Under the pieces are notes generated by a model. It was not told where the DNA came from. It made no database searches and saw only the letters and a list, made by a program, of their open reading frames with translations. Source: a virus (taxonomy: Duplodnaviria > Caudoviricetes). Taken from it: DNA of 34,719 nucleotides. The DNA lies in IMG/VR virus record IMGVR_UViG_3300032216_000682, positions 1-34,719 of that record. One strand, 5' to 3'. The position numbers were made by a program, and so were the translations under genes. Positions 34,599 to 34,719 of the stretch are shown here, in pieces. The stretch's first letter is position 1; every line of letters starts with the position of its first letter.

Positions 34599-34719
34599 AA
34601 AATATTAGTTTTTACTTACCACAATTATAAGCTGAAAATACTATTTTGTTTGCCAAGGCATACCGGTTTGTTTAACTTCATTTTTGCGCAGTTTGTATGC
34701 AGCAAGTTCAGCATCAGCC
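34597..34719. repeat. Terminal direct repeat, right copy
   Basis: Identical to 1-123. Confidence 0.95.

Noticed and set aside
1-34719. Stop-codon reassignment, introns/inteins, integrase or DGR
   Set aside because: Core genes are full length in the standard code, and no recombinase, reverse transcriptase or homing-endonuclease motifs were seen.

Overview
The window is an apparently complete, circularly assembled podovirus-like dsDNA phage genome of about 34.6 kb; bases 1-123 are repeated exactly at 34597-34719. It has four blocks. (1) A minus-strand virion operon that wraps the origin: putative TerS, TerL, portal, collagen-containing fibre, scaffold, major capsid, adaptor, nozzle, tail protein, three ejection-type proteins, then a lysis cassette. 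(2) A plus-strand early cluster of small genes behind a repeat-rich, origin-like region. (3) A minus-strand replication operon: DUF2800-like nuclease, putative SSB, short C5-methyltransferase-like protein, family A polymerase, PAPS-reductase/DndC-like PP-loop protein and primase-helicase. (4) A divergent plus-strand arm with VRR-NUC, SNF2 helicase and small ORFs. I found no integrase, repressor, RNA polymerase, tRNA or CRISPR array. The strongest leads are a structured intergenic RNA with an AGUA/GAA loop-E motif; a methyltransferase-polymerase-PP-loop cassette (candidate DNA-modification system); a module of a HiPIP-like protein, a metallophosphoesterase and an ultra-acidic protein; a probable AUU start codon; and back-to-back promoters sharing one -35 element. 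All product calls come from motif recognition and synteny, not database searches.
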